From NCBI RefSeq assembly GCF_009914755.1, contig NC_060937.1: a stretch of DNA of 64,000 nucleotides. The stretch is one strand, 5' to 3'. This DNA is from the human T2T-CHM13v2.0 reference genome, Homo sapiens. The notes under the pieces are model-generated. The model was not told the origin of the DNA, did no database searches, and was given only the letters and a program-made list of their open reading frames with translations. The position numbers were made by a program, and so were the translations under genes. Positions 29,810 through 45,290 of the stretch are shown here, piece by piece (position 1 is the first letter of the stretch; each line of letters begins with the position of its first letter).

Positions 29810-30800
29810 ACATTTACTGAGCATTTATTGTATGCCAGGCACTACATATACAAAGATGAAGAAGAAAAGAGTTACATCCCAGCAAGGGAGACTGACATGG
29901 AAGCAGATAATTAAAAAATAGTGGCAGATAGTTGTATAGAGTGAGGTAGGAGCACAGAATGGCAACGGACTCAGCTGCAGAGAGCCAAAATGGTTTCTTA
30001 ATGGAGCTTGAGAAATTGGGAGGGGATTATGCAGTGCAGAAAGTGAGGGAAGGGAATTAAGGAGTGAGCAGAGTGTTAGCAAAGGATTCCAGGAGGAGGT
30101 GGCAACGTGAACTCAGGCACAGACTGAGAAACAACTGGGGGTGGGCAGTGTTTGGGTATTAACTGCATGCAATTGAGTTGCTGAACAGAGATGACTGTAA
30201 AAAGGTAAACTGGCAGTCACAGAGGAAATGCTTAGTCATACCAAGATATGGAAATAGAGCTAACATTGCATTTGTACCTGTAGCCCATAGGGAGCCTTAG
30301 AAACAATTTAAACTGGAGCATGAACTCACCACTTGCCTTTTAGATGGAGCCATTTGGCACCAAATTTAGGATATATTTGGGAGGGAGAGCACTAGAGGCA
30401 GAGAGGAAGCTGTTGCAGAATCCTGGCAAGGTTATTGGAGACCTGCATTAGGACAAGGGTGGTAGGAATAGAGGAAGTCCTGAATTCTAGGAGGTAAAAT
30501 TGGTAGCACCTAGTTAGCAGTAATTGCGTATAGTGGTGATGAGAGGGAGAAATTTAGAAGGATTTCCCAAGTTAGAAACTTGTTTGGCCACGAAAATGCA
30601 GGACAGGGAGCAGTTTAGAGATCATGATGATTTCAATCCTGGTTATGTTGAGTTTTGGATGATCCTGAGTATCCAGATGGAAATGTCAGGGAGTTGGATG
30701 TAGGAGCCCAAATTTGAGGCAGTAAAGTAGATTTGAGAATTATATATATATTTGAGGAACTCACAGCCAGTACTTGTGAATGGAGACCCAGAGGTTGATT
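29810..30800 (-). mobile_element. L2 LINE
   Basis: catttactgagcatttattgtatgccaggcact start followed by purine-rich body. Confidence 0.6.
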
Positions 30801-31394
30801 AAATTTATCCATCAATTAACAATACCTGTTTAAAAATCCAAAGCTGCTTAGACATGGATATAGATATAGATATACACACACGTGTATGTATGTGTGTTTA
30901 TGTGTGTGTGTATGTGTACTGTTCCCTCCTCCACTAGGGATCAGTATAATAAGTATTTTGTGAAACATTGCATCAGAAGGGGCGTTTGCAAGGAATGTAG
31001 ACAAAACATAAACCAAAAATCACACACCTCCTCCGAAAAACGAGTGGTTCATGTAGAAAATTACAGCTTTGGATTCATGTCAAGGAAGAGTGTTTGACAG
31101 CTACAGGATATGAAAAAAAAAAGATTCAGATGACTGACTTGTTTGGTCTGAGGAAAGAAAGAATGTTCACAAGAAGTCAGCGCCCCTTGTATCTTCTGGT
31201 ATCTAATGAAGTCACTTTAATATACCCCTGCCCCACAACTCTAACAGCGTTGTTAGTGTGTTTGCCCAGCTGTTTTCTTCCCCCTAGGAAGTACGAAACT
31301 GTACAGTATATTGCTTCTTTTTAGAGCTGGGCATTCACTAAAGTCTTTTTGATATTTTAAAGTAGAAGTTAAATTGTAGAGATTTTCCAATTTA

Positions 31395-31688
31395 TGTATT
31401 TATTTTGAGACAGGGTCTCACTCTGTTGCCCAGGCTGGAGTACAGTGGCGCGATCATAGCTCACTGAAGCCTCGACCAGTGGTGCTCAACGGATCCTCCT
31501 ACCTCAGCCTCCTGGGTAGCTGGAACCACAGGCATGCACTGCGATGCCCGGCTGATTTTTTATTTGTAGAAACGGGGTCTTACCATCTTGTCCAGGCTGG
31601 TCTCAAACTCCTGGACTCAAGCTATTCTATTCTCCCATCTTGGCCTCCGAAAGTGTTGGGATTACAGGCATGAGCCACCACTCCCAGC
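31395..31688 (-). mobile_element. AluJ
   Basis: gagacagggtctcactctg..atcatagctcactg. Confidence 0.9.
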
Positions 31689-32789
31689 ATATTGTAGATA
31701 TTTTCTAGAGAAAAGAAGCTTCATATGTATATCTGTATAGTGTGATGTGTGTGTATGTGTGTGTATGTGTGTTACCCTCCAAATAATACATGGAACTCCC
31801 TTATTAAGTGATTTAAATAATTTTGTTATGATTCCTATCCTGGAATGGCAGAAGAAGAAACATTTGTCACAGTTGGTAAATATTATATTTTTGTTTCAAG
31901 TATGAATTACATGGAGAATTCCATGCTAGTTTTTCCAAAGTTCTTAAATTTAACAGAACTTTTAAGTGTCGTGTTACCATAAACTTCTTAAGAACTATAT
32001 CTTGACTTAGAAAAGGGAGTTTAGATAAACCACAGTTAAATACCTGGCCTTTCCAATAACTACTAGGTAGAAAATAAAGGTCGGATGAAAGCAAAGACAT
32101 GGAAGCTTAAGCTGAGGTATTCTTTTGAGAATTTTAGAGGAATTATTGTGGAAAATGGAAAGCCACAAAAATAGTTTTATCAAATTGCTAGTCAAACCTC
32201 ATCTTCATAAAGACCAAAATAAAACCATAAGCAATCATGGAAAAAACTGACCTCCCTAATAGGATAGCATTTCATCAAGGTGGTGTGATAGTTGATCCTT
32301 TGTGGAGAAACTTGTTCAACAACCCGAAAAATACAGGTTTGTGTAGAACACAGTAATTACTGATTTAGTGAGAACATTGTTAACTTTTGGTTGTTTTCTG
32401 TCTAGTTTGAGGACAACCTGTAGAAAAATGTAAACTATATTTTGACTTCATTTGCCCTCTTCCAACAGTTGGCATATGCCAGAAGAGTGAAAATTTATTT
32501 CTTTATTTGCCTGTATAAATTGCAATTATAAAGACAATCATTTAGCTTATATCAGACTCCTGAGTCTCATATAAGTTATTTGAGATTAGCCCACCTTCTT
32601 TAGCATATAAAAGTGGTCCATATGCGTTGGTTACATAGCATGAAGACCTATTCTATGTGCAGGGAAAGGGGGCCCACGGAGCGTGATGTGCAGGAATTTA
32701 AGGCGCATCATAAAGCTTGTTCTAGTTTCTCCTCTCATGGCCTACCACAAGGCTCACATGGCCATTAGGGAAACAGTTTTGTGTTAAAG

Positions 32790-33442
<653 letters not shown>

Positions 33443-33464
33443 TCAGGAAGTGGGTTAAGTCAGA

Positions 33465-33800
33465 GGCTTCAACTAGTATGTAATTTTGGTTTCTTTGGCC
33501 TACATAGTGTTTTTAAAAACCTAAAGCCAACATTTACAAATCAAGATATTTCAACATAAAAATCCAGGTTACAAGTTTCTCTTAAAAATTAGAGGTTGAG
33601 ACAAATCGGGGGCTTCAGTCCTCCAGAGCCACAGTCCACTGGGTGTTGGAAAGCCACTGCCCCTTTAGAGGAGAGATGTTCACCCCAGTTTTCAGAGTGT
33701 TTACCACCGTTTATGTTCTTACACTACAACATCACTCATTTATCTCACTTGGGCAGCCCCTCCCATCCCCATGATGCCATTCACATGGATGAATTCATTC
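33465..33800. mobile_element. MER103-like DNA transposon
   Basis: atttcaacataaaaatccagg..tttctcttaaaaattagag. Confidence 0.5.
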
Positions 33801-34667
33801 CTTTGGCTGAGAACAGGCACTGAGGTTAAATCTGGGTGGCAGGCGATGGCAAGACAAAGCCTATGGTCTGGAAGCAAATATGACAAAATATAGACAGTGG
33901 TTGTCTTGATTGGTGAGGTTATAAAATGTTTTCTGACTCCTTTTATTTACTTTTTTGTGCTTTCCAAATATTCTGCAACAACCATGTGTTTCTTATGTAA
34001 CTAAAAGAGAGAATTTAAAAAAAACAGCTAAAAAGCTTCTGAAATATAGATTTTTTAAAAGATGTGGTTGCTATGAAAGTATCTGCCTCCCTTTGAATCC
34101 TAACTACTAATAGTATTAATACAATGAGTAAGATAAGTATATATTTGGGCAAAAAAACCCAAAAATATATCTGCTTTAAAAGCTTTCTTAAGATCCTGTT
34201 TTTCAGCTGTTCATCATAATACTACAAATATTTAGTTTTATGAGGGTAGAAAAGTGTTGATTGGGCATCTGTGAAGTTTGGTTTTTGATATTTGGGCCTT
34301 TGCTAGCTTCTAGAATATGATATAAAATAAATAAAATAAGATAAAAATATTTTTATCTAGAGAGTGATAAAAAATAAATAGATGGATGGGTAGATTCATC
34401 TGAGATGATAGGAGAGCCTGGGAGAATTGAAGTGGAATATCAAGGCCCACCTTACTGTTGAAGGCAGTTCCCAGCGTTGACCACGTGTTTTTGTGGCTGG
34501 CTAGTACTCCCCAGCAAGCAAATAGGCCAGACTCTGAAATCTTGTATACTACGTAGGCACATTTGGAATCCTGAATTGGAATTTAATTCCTGGGCAGAGG
34601 TAAGAAAATGGTGACTCCTTTTTCACTCTCGAAGGTAGAAAGACCTTCTGCTTTTTGGAAGGACACC

Positions 34668-34712
34668 TTTTGAAATCCCTCATTTGATTTTGAAATCCCT
34701 CATTTGATTTTG
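34668..34712 (+). repeat. perfect 20-bp tandem duplication
   Basis: ttttgaaatccctcatttga x2 plus partial copy. Confidence 0.95.
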
Positions 34713-36160
34713 TTTTCCCTGTATCAAAGAAAATGGCCTAGAAATCAGGATGGGGACACATGAGATGCTTTGTGGATAAGGAACCAGGGAAATGGAAGGC
34801 AGAAGCAAAAAGGAAGCGCCTGGAATTAGTTGGAAAACAAGGAATAAACGGGGAAATGTATATTTTATAGATGTTGGTGTGAATGGAGGAATAGGTGTTG
34901 TGGAAATTATTTACCTGATGTAGTTTCTCGGCCTCTCAATGTGTTTCCTCCACTGTCTAATGGAGATAATGTTAGTACCACACTCACGAGGGTGAATGAA
35001 ATGCTGCATGAGAAATGCCTAGCATAGGACCTGGCCAGAGGAAATGCACAATAATTTATTCAGATTCAGAGAGAATCTTTTTATTTTTTGCTATTTTTAA
35101 TACTGATTTTCAGTTTTATTGAGTAATGGTAAAAGAATGCCTTACATAGTGTGGCAACATAAAACAAATTGGTATTTTGAGATTTGTTTCATGGCCTAAT
35201 ACATAGCCCTTTTTTTGTTGTTGTTCTAAATAAGTTTGAAAAGACAGTATTTTTGGGTGTAGTGTTCTTTGTCCATAACATCAAGCTTTTTAATTGTCAT
35301 ATTTAAATCTGTATTATTACTGTTTTTTTGTTTGCTTAATACCAGTTTCTGAGAAACTATCTTACTCCTGTATACGTGAGGTTATGAAAAACGCCAACCC
35401 CAAAGCCAAGTTGGCATTTAAATGGCCATGAGTTATAACATTTTTCCTCTGACTATACCTGAAATTGCACAGAATAGAGCTAGCTTGATGTAGGAGATGA
35501 CAAGGACATTTTAAGTATTTTTCGTTAAATGTGTGGGCATCACCTCAACAATCAGTGCAACATGAGATTCAACTGCAAAGCTACTGAAGGTATTCTTGCT
35601 GCACTTCCTTCTGGAGGGTTCGGATAGAAGAGCCTGAAGAACTTCAGCGGCATCAGAAAGCATGGGAAGAATCTCCAGGTTTTTCGTTTTGTCCAGCCCT
35701 TCGGTGTGTGGTAAGCCGGCACCTAAACCAACTAAGATAACCAATATTTATCCTGATCTTGAAGTTCTTTGGGCTAAAATATTTCACAATTTTTGTGGGT
35801 AGCTTGTGAGGAAACTCTTTCTGTCAAGAAATGCTTCCCCCTCCAGCCTCCATTTTGCCTCTTCACTCATTTACTCTTTCCTTCTTTCTCTAATGTTTGT
35901 TGAGCACCTTCTCTGGGCAACTCACTGTAACAATGAATGTGTTACCTAGAAATGTCAAAGGAGACATTCTTTCTGACATTCTTGGAGTCTTACAGTGTAT
36001 AAATTAAAACTTAAACATAATTCAGGGTAAGAAAGTCCTTGTCAGAGTGAGAAAGACTCACATAACTCTTGGGCATATGTATATTTTCCACTCACTGTTC
36101 ATGCAGGTGATAGAATCAGAAGAACTATTTTCACTTTTATTTATTAATTTTATTAGCTGG

Positions 36161-36464
<304 letters not shown>

Positions 36465-36534
36465 TTAGCTGGAATCCATTTCCAAATCTTTGGTCAAATG
36501 CACTGAGAGAAGGTGTAGCACTGCCTTTTAAAAA

Positions 36535-38880
36535 AAGTTTTATTTACATATAATTGACATATAATAAACTGCACATATTTATACAATTTGATAAGTTGTT
36601 TTGTTTTTGTTTTTTGTTTTTTGAGACATGAATCCAACACCACCCCTTCAACATTTCATCCAGTGTCTTGGTAATCCCCCACTCCCGTCCCTCCACCACT
36701 ATCGCCAGGCAACCACTGATCTGTTTTCTGTCATTGAAGATTAGCTTACATTTTTTAGAATTTCGTATCGGTGGAATCATACAGTATGCAGCTTTTTGGT
36801 CTGCTTTCTTTCACTCAGCCTAATTATTTTGAGACTCATCCATGCTGTAGCTTTCCTTTTATTGCTAAATAGTATTCTATTGTATAGATATACCAGTTTA
36901 TTCCTTCAATTGTTGATGGACATTCTGTTTCCAGTATTTGGCTATTATAAAAGTAAAACTGTTATGAACATAATATACACGTCTTTGCCTTCATTTCTCT
37001 TGAGTAGGTACTAAGAGTAGAATGGATGGATTATATGGTAGGTGTATGTTTAGATTTTTCAGAAATTTCTAAACTTTTTTCTGAAATGATTTTACCATTG
37101 CATATGTGAATTCCAGTTGCTCCACATTTGGTTTGGTCAGTCTTTTTTAATTTTAGCCATCCTAATAGGTAGGTGTGGTATGTCATCATGGTTTTAATCT
37201 GCATTTCTTTAATGACTAATGATGCCAAACACATTTTCATGTACTTATTTGCCTTCTTCATTTTTATGAAGTATCTGCTCATGTATTTTGCCCATCTTTT
37301 AGTTGCATTGTTTGTTCTTACTGTTGAGCATGGAGATTTCCTCACATATTCTGGATATAAGCTCTTTACTAAATAAATGCCTTGCAAATATTTTCTCCCA
37401 GTCTGTGTCTTATCTTTAGATTCTCTTCACAGTGTCTTTCAAAAAGCAGAAGATTTTAATTTTGATAAAGTCCAGTTTATTAATTGCCTTCCATGAATCA
37501 GAGGTTTTCTCTTACATTTTCTTCTAGAAAATGTATAGTTTTAGAGTTTACATTTAGGCCAGTGGTCCATCTTGAGTTAGTGTTTGCATGTGGTATGAGG
37601 TATAGATCAAAGTTAATTTTTTTTTTGCATGTGGATGTCCAAGTATTCTATCACAACTTATCAAAAAGACTATTTTTTCTCTACTTAATTGCCTTTGCAC
37701 TTTTGTCAAAAATAAGTTGTCTGTTTATTTATGGGTCCATTTCTGGACTTGCTGTTCTATTCCACTGACCTTTTTGTCTATCCTTATGCCAGTACCACAC
37801 TGTCTTTAGTGTAGCTTTATGTCAAGTCTTGAAATCAGTAGGTTTTTTGTTGTTGTTTTTGTTTTTTTAAGATGGAGTCTCCTTCTGTTGTCCAGGCTGG
37901 AGTGCATGATCTCGGGTCGCTGTAACCTCCACCTCCTGGGTTCAAGCAATTCTTCCTTCCTCAGCCTCCCGAGTAGCTGGGATTACAGGCATGGGCCACT
38001 TTGCCCAGCTAATTTTTGTATTTTTAGTAGAAACGAGGTTTCGCCATGTTGGCAAGGCTGGTCTTGAACTCCTGACCTCAGGTGATCTGCCTGCCTTGGC
38101 CTTCCAAAGTGCTGGGATTACAGGCGTGAGCCACCACGCCCACAGAAATCAGTAGTATTAATTCTCCAACTTTTTTCTTTTTCAGTGTCATTTTGGCTAT
38201 TCTTGATCCCTTGCATTTCCATTTGAATTTTTGTATCAGTTTGTAACTTTCTACCAAAAAAAATTTTTGCTAAGATTTTGACTGGTATTACATTGAATCC
38301 ACAGATCAGTTTTGTTATAGCTTAACAATACTGAGTCTTCTGACCCATGAACATAATATATCTCTCCATTTACTTAAATTTTCTGTAATTCCTTTTAGTA
38401 ATATTATTTTAGTTTTCAATAGACATATCTGTCACATCTGTTGTCAGATTTATTCCTAAATATTTAATATTTTTATGGCATTAAAACATTTTAATTTTGT
38501 TTCTCATTGCTAGTATAGAAACACAATTGATTTTTGTGCATTTATCTTATATCCTGCAGCCTTGCTGAGCTCACTTATTAGTTCTTATAACTTTTCTATA
38601 GGTTCCATCAATTTTCTACATAGATGATTATTTTATCTGCAAATACAGTTTTGTATCCAATTGGATGCTCTTTATTCTTTTTCTTGACTGATAACACCAT
38701 ATAGAGCCTTCAGTACAATGTTAATAGAAGTAGCAAGAGTAGATGTCTTGCCTTGTTCCTGATCTTAAAAGGAAAGCAAGCATTCAGTCTTTCATCAAGT
38801 ATTATATCATCTGCAGGCTTTTTGTAAATGTCTTTTATTAGGTTGAGGAAGTTTCCTTGTTCTTACTCTGTTGAGTGTCT
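36535..38880 (-). mobile_element. L1M (L1MB/MC-like) 3' end plus ORF2 part
   Basis: reverse L1 3' UTR; minus ORF 37031-37387 has L1 ORF2 C-terminal motifs (KEMQIKTMM.YH). Confidence 0.85.
37843..38143 (-). mobile_element. AluS inserted in L1
   Basis: TSD gaaatcagtag at 37831-37841 and 38147-38157. Confidence 0.9.
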
Positions 38881-38949
38881 TTAGAGAGGGAAATGGGCTA
38901 ACCAGAGGTAGTTAGTTAAGACATAAAGGGCCAAGTGCCATGTCAAAGG

Positions 38950-39360
38950 TAGAATGCTTAAGGAACTAAGCCTTCAAGTAGCCAGACCTGTTGGGAGCCT
39001 GAAGCAATAACTCAAGAATGAGATAATGAATACTGCCACTGGTCAGTGTCAGCAGGGGTGAGGAAGAAGACACAGATCAAAAGATGTTTAAGGGGTAAAA
39101 ATGACATGATTTGGACAGAATAATTCCAAGGTTTCTGGCTGGGGTCACTGGGTAAATGTGGTGCCATTTTGGTAAAATAAAAAATACAGAAATTCAGGAG
39201 CTGCACATTTGGAGGAACCAGTTTTATACATGCTGAGTTTCCACCAGGAAATAGTATGCAATTAAATATAGATATCTAGGACACTATGGAGAAGTAGCGG
39301 GGGAGCTTGGACTTAGACATCATCAGCTCACAGATGCAAGTTGAAACCGTAGGTGAGAAT
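38950..39360 (-). mobile_element. L2 fragment
   Basis: aaggtttctggctgggg..tggtgccatt..acatgctgagttt. Confidence 0.5.
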
Positions 39361-41155
39361 GCCTAAAGATGGTGGAGCCACTGATGCAGCAGCCGGCTCA
39401 GTTACAGTGGGCACGTGACAGCCTGGTTCTGGCAACCGCATTTCTGAAGTTAAACACTGTCCTAGTATTTGGACACACAAAAAATAAAATTTTTCAGTTC
39501 TTTTATGAATGCAAATTTTAGTTCAATCCCTTAAACAGAAGAATAAGACATAAACTAACAGTACTTCCTCTCATAGACCATGTGGGTGTGTCAGGGGTAG
39601 TGTAGAGAGGGAGATTTCTTTATTTTGTACCCTCTCACCAAAGAGAGCCACACAAGCCTAGAAAAAAAAAATGCGCCCTTACACCTTACCTTAATTTGAG
39701 AAAAGGCCAGGCATTTACTGGCATTTTGCTGGGACTTGCACATTTGAGCAAGGAAGAATGCAAGTGTAAATGAAGTTAGATTTCAAGCCAGTAAAAACTG
39801 GTTCTGAAGCTTTTTAAAAAAGATAAAGTCTGCGTGACTTTAAAAACTGTGTTAAGAGTCTGCTTCAGCAAATCCCTCTATCACAGTTTCTGGAATAAAT
39901 AAAGATGGTTTAGGAGAAGGATTACTTACTGGAGCTAGAAAATTTTAAATTTTGTTAGGAATTACCAACTTGTTTTAAAAGGTTACAGCCAAATTTTTAA
40001 TGCAGACTTTTTCAAAGTCTGTATTATTATCTGGAAGATGTCTGATATATGATGGTGTTAAAATATATATTATAACACCACTGATTGTTTTTCCTTCAGC
40101 TCTCTATTTTCTCAGATTGTCCAATCTTGTTTTTCCAGCATCCATACTTCTGCATGAGGTAAGGTCCTGTGTTGGCACAGGATTGCTCTATTTGCCATTC
40201 TGTGGACATTCGGTGCTAATGTCACACCTTAGTGCCTTTGCCCAGGGTCCACTCATCTGCCTTGTGAACTTATTACTTCTCCTCTGAGAACCCTTTCCCA
40301 TCCCCTCTCTCCATCAGGAAGAGAAGACTGAAACACTTTTTCGTGTCACCTCTGCACAGAGCAGTCATTCTGTATTGCAATAATTTGTTTATTGTTGTTC
40401 TGCTCCTTTTTTAGATGAAAAGATTCTGAAGAATAGAGATCTTGAACATAGCATGGTGCCAGACACATAACAGGTATTCAATAAATGGGCCTGCCAAAGA
40501 GAGGGAGGGAGGAAAACAGACTTTTTAAGGAGCCCCTGAAGAATCTGAGCAGAAGGGACCTGAGACATAGGAAGACAAATGAGAAATAATAGTGTCATGG
40601 AAGCCAAGGGAGCAGAGAATTGTAACAGGGGAAGACTTATCATTAGTGTTCATTCCTATTGAGAGCCAATGAGATACTGAACATCCACATTGTATTTTTA
40701 GGATCTAAGAAAAGATTTCCTCAGCCATAATCATACCACAGGTAATACTGCAAACATTGTTACCCATATTGAGCAAAGATGTGTTGGCAACAAGACCTTT
40801 TGGAGGGAGAAGTCAGTTGACCTGTTTGACTTGGTGATATCCATCATCCTGATATTCTATACTGTTATTTTTTCCTAGTGGCAAACCCACTGATTAGTAG
40901 GTCATCTCAGTTGAAAACTGAATAGAGTTCAAAAATAAGAAATGTTTGCAGGATATGCAGTATAGCTGGGTCAGATTGAGATTTGGAATTAATTTGGTAA
41001 ATCCATACAGGCCTAAAATCTTCTTGGCGGACCATTTCTATGAAGGTGACAATGAGAAAAATGGTGACGGTTGTAAAATTGTATTGTTCTCAATATAATT
41101 GCAGCTATCTCACAACAAGCAAAATAATTCAGTTCTATTTAAAAGCTGCCAATAG

Positions 41156-41273
41156 GGCTGGACACAGTGGCTCATGCCTGTAATATCAGCCTTTTAGGAG
41201 GCCAAGGCAGGAAGATCACTTGAGGTCAGGAGTTCAAGACCAGCCTAGGCAACCCCCATCTCTACAGAAAAAA
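41156..41273 (+). mobile_element. Alu left monomer (FLAM-like)
   Basis: ggctggacacagtggctcatgcc..ccccatctctac. Confidence 0.85.
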
Positions 41274-41478
41274 AGCTACCAAAATCCACAAGGAAAGCAT
41301 GGCTACAAAGTGAGTAAATGTCTTTCTACAGACTGTTTGAACAATCTGAGGGAAAGAAGATTAAAGTCTAACCAAGAAGAATAAAATTTCCATGATATTA
41401 TAACACCATTTAATATAAAATACACAGCATCTTGAAGGATAACAAAATAATTCAAAAGAGATTAGTATATTGGATTCA

Positions 41479-41800
<322 letters not shown>

Positions 41801-42729
41801 ATGATGATAATGATAATAATGGTCATTAAAACAGAAAATGTCCATTTATGTATTTAAAATTATTTATTTATACTATCAGTTTTGAAATTCCTCTTAGCCC
41901 AAAGCCTGTCTCATCGTTCTTCTGACCACCTGAAAAAAAAATTCCACTTTGGCTGTTGCTATACAGAAGGAGAGATGGACTTAACATTGTAATCTATAAA
42001 TATTCTCATGTAGACAAACCAAGCTAAATGTTCTGTGGTTGATTGTCATTCATGTGGCAGCCAATTTAACTATTTTGAAAGAATGATTTACTTTACTTTT
42101 TCATGTTCACAGATTTAATACTACTTTTGAATAAATAAAAATTGTTCCTTGTTTACATTGCTCTAATACTTGAACAATAGAAAATTGAAGTTGTTCTCAC
42201 TTTTCTCCATTAAAGAAGTGTATTAAATGAGCTAGATCCCCATCTGTTTCTATTCTCTATGAGGGGAAAATGAGTTGGGCAGGAGAGAGATGAAGTTGGA
42301 CACATCGGGAACTTCTCTTGCCTCTCTTAGGTCATTTACTTTTTAGAGGTTTAGAGGACTTGATGTACTTCTGAAATAGGGTAGAGGATTTTTTTTCCTA
42401 ATCATAATTTAAATGTCAGGAATACATAATGTTTTTATCTAAAATGCATTTTAGTGTGAAATGCGTCAACATGGATACTAGTAGGAATGCAATTACTTTC
42501 TAATATACTCTGGCAAAAATTTGAATTTTCTTGCTTTTTCTCTTTCATTCTGTGAACCTCAAAGACCTCCTGACAACTGTTACATAGGGCAAACCTAGTT
42601 AAGTGAGCCAGATCACTCCTTCACAGAGTTGATGCAGTGAGAATCTGCTTGAAACCAATAATTGTTTTTAGGAAAGTAGAGAAAGACTTTTAATTCCTTT
42701 TAGATATTACACACATTTAACAATTGTTA

Positions 42730-42945
42730 TGGTGGTATAGTTTAAGGCATGAACTTGAACTTTGGAGTCAGATAAAACCCGTGTTCAAATCTTCTCTCCT
42801 CTAATTCCTATGTGTTTTACTCTGTCTCAGCATCTTCATCTATAAACAGGGTGATTAGGAGGAATCAATGAGGTAATGCATGCCAAAGGCTTAGCACAGA
42901 ATCTGGCCAGTTTTAAGCACGCAGTAAATGATGGCTATTATTATA
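42730..42945 (+). mobile_element. MIR
   Basis: ctttggagtcaga..catctataaacaggg..ggcttagcacag. Confidence 0.7.
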
Positions 42946-44882
42946 ATGCATTCCAGGTGCATATGTACTTCATTCTGTGTTTTCAGCGGGACTCTTAAAG
43001 ACAAAGGCACACTATGCAGACATACCTGGTGTACACTCTGTGTGATAATAACACCTTTCCTTAGAGACTTCTATTTAATCTCATACATGCTCTTATGTTG
43101 GCCCCATGGTAACAGTGTGATTGAGAAAGACACACTCACCAAATAGTTTGAGCTTCTGCTTTCCTGATTGATGAATTTCTCCCAGTTAGCACCCAATCTT
43201 TTGTGCCTAGGATTCTATCTTGCTTTATATTTGAAAATTAAACACTGTTCTTGAAGTTTGGGTTGTAGGAATGTATGTTTTTTCCTCCTATTATATCATT
43301 ATCTCAAACTTTAAAAAATGCTTTTACTTTATATTTCCTTACTAGAAAAAATGTATTATCATTAGGGTGAGGGAGATTCAGGCAGTCTCATGGGCTTTTA
43401 GAAATGGTTTCATACAAGTCACTCATTGTTTTGAAGTTCATGGTACATTTCAGCTTGACAAAGTTATTCTAGGTCCTGGGAGGGAAGTGGTGCAGATGAT
43501 TCTCAGAACTGGTGAAATAACTTAATAATCTAATACATAAATATGATTGCTGGATTATAATTATAGTTATGATTGCTAGATTATAATGGTAACTCTCAAT
43601 TGGGCATACTTGTAAGGAAAAATGCTTTTCTCTCCAGAAAATCTGTTGTGGTTTGGAGACCTGTTGCTGAAAGGGCATAAAGAGAACAAAACTTGTATTA
43701 GTGTGGAAGTATATTCTCAAGTTGGTAAACAGAACCAGCTCCTAAATATCAACAAATATTAAAACGTATTTAGCATCTAGGAAACCAAAATAAACAGTGA
43801 TTTCTGAAATGACCCCTAAATCCCTTATAATGTTATGTATCTATTGATTCCAGGCACTGGGAAGGGAAAAGGCAAATCTCATCTCACATTGCAACCAGAC
43901 AGAACACAAAAGGGGTGTTGTGTGTATGTGACAGAGAGAGATTGCTGATGGACATGGGCATAGCATGGCCATAGAAGCTATCTGCCAGCTGGAGCACAGC
44001 ATGGCTGGGGAAGATGAATTATAGAGTGATGATTTCTGCACAGTCAGTTAAGGAAGAAAGTGCAGAACATTTCCACATACATAGAGCAAGAGGGAAGGGA
44101 GCAAAGGACATAAAAATGCAAAATCCAGGAGAGAGAGAGAGAGAGAAAGAAGCTGGATGATAGGACAAGCAGGAATCTTGAGTGAAGAAATGCTGGTTTT
44201 TCTTAGACCACCAAACCCATTGACCATTTTAGTTTAAAGCTAGGCAGAATCCCCGCAAGGATAATAACGTTGACTTTTTATTTGTGAGTGGAGGCCTGTC
44301 ATTACTTCTATGGCTAAGGCTTGTTTTCTAGACCTCTGACTCCACTGCCAGGCAGTAGGAACTTCTGGAGAAGCTATCTGCCAGCTGGAGCACAGGATGG
44401 AAGGGGTGGGTGGCAAGCAACAGCGGGTTCCCAGCACTGCTGCCTGACACACGCCCACAACCAGTTCCTTCCTGGTCATCACCAGTCATCTCTCATCTCC
44501 CTCTTCCAGCCAACTTCCAGTTGGCGGCCAGCCAAATAAGACACTGACTAAAGAAGGATGTTCGTTCTGTGTTATGTGTATAGCTTGAAACTTAAAGGTA
44601 TGAGGGAATGTAAAAATGCTTCCCCAAAACTGTTTAAAATCCGTAAGAGTTTGGGAAATGATACAAAAAATTAGACTTGTAATTTATGTAGGCATCTATT
44701 CTTGAATAGTGAACTGTGTTTGCTTTATGGTGTTGCACCCATGAAGCTGAAATTTCATGCAGCAACCATTACACCACTTTTGTTACCATCCACTCTGAGT
44801 CACATCTGTTCAAATTCCCCAGTCTTCTGCCAACTGATGGTTTTTTTTTTTTATCTCTCCTCCCCTGTGCTATTAACTGTAG

Positions 44883-45290
44883 AAAGGAGGGGCTACTTAG
44901 TAATTCTACACCTGTTAAAGTCCACGCCTATCAACTTGTTAAGCTTCCCAAACAAGTGCAGGGTAAAGCATGAGAACATCAGAGTCTGGGGCGGCGGCGG
45001 TGGCTGCAACGGTGGCTGTGACGGTGGCTGCCGCTGGGTTTGGCTTTCTGGATTTTTGTTCAGAGTCGCTAATGTATCCCCCACAATGGCAGTTGATGAC
45101 AGCAATTTATATTCCAGAACGAAGAACAAACTAAATTCATCTCAAAATGATTATAAATCATCAAGAAGGAGTAGCCTGCCACCTGAACTACTCATAGGAA
45201 ATGACATTAGAGGAAGACTTCAAAGAAACATTAAGAACTTGGATCCCATTCACCTGAGGCACCCGAAGAAGAGACCATCCATATTTCCAG
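44883..45290 (+). ncRNA. candidate internal exon (408 nt) of an EEF1DP3-type noncoding transcript, derived from the ANKRD26/CCDC144-like relic
   Basis: long polypyrimidine tract and ctgtag acceptor (AG at 44881-44882); donor CAG|gtagga at 45290/45291; non-repeat sequence. Confidence 0.55.
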
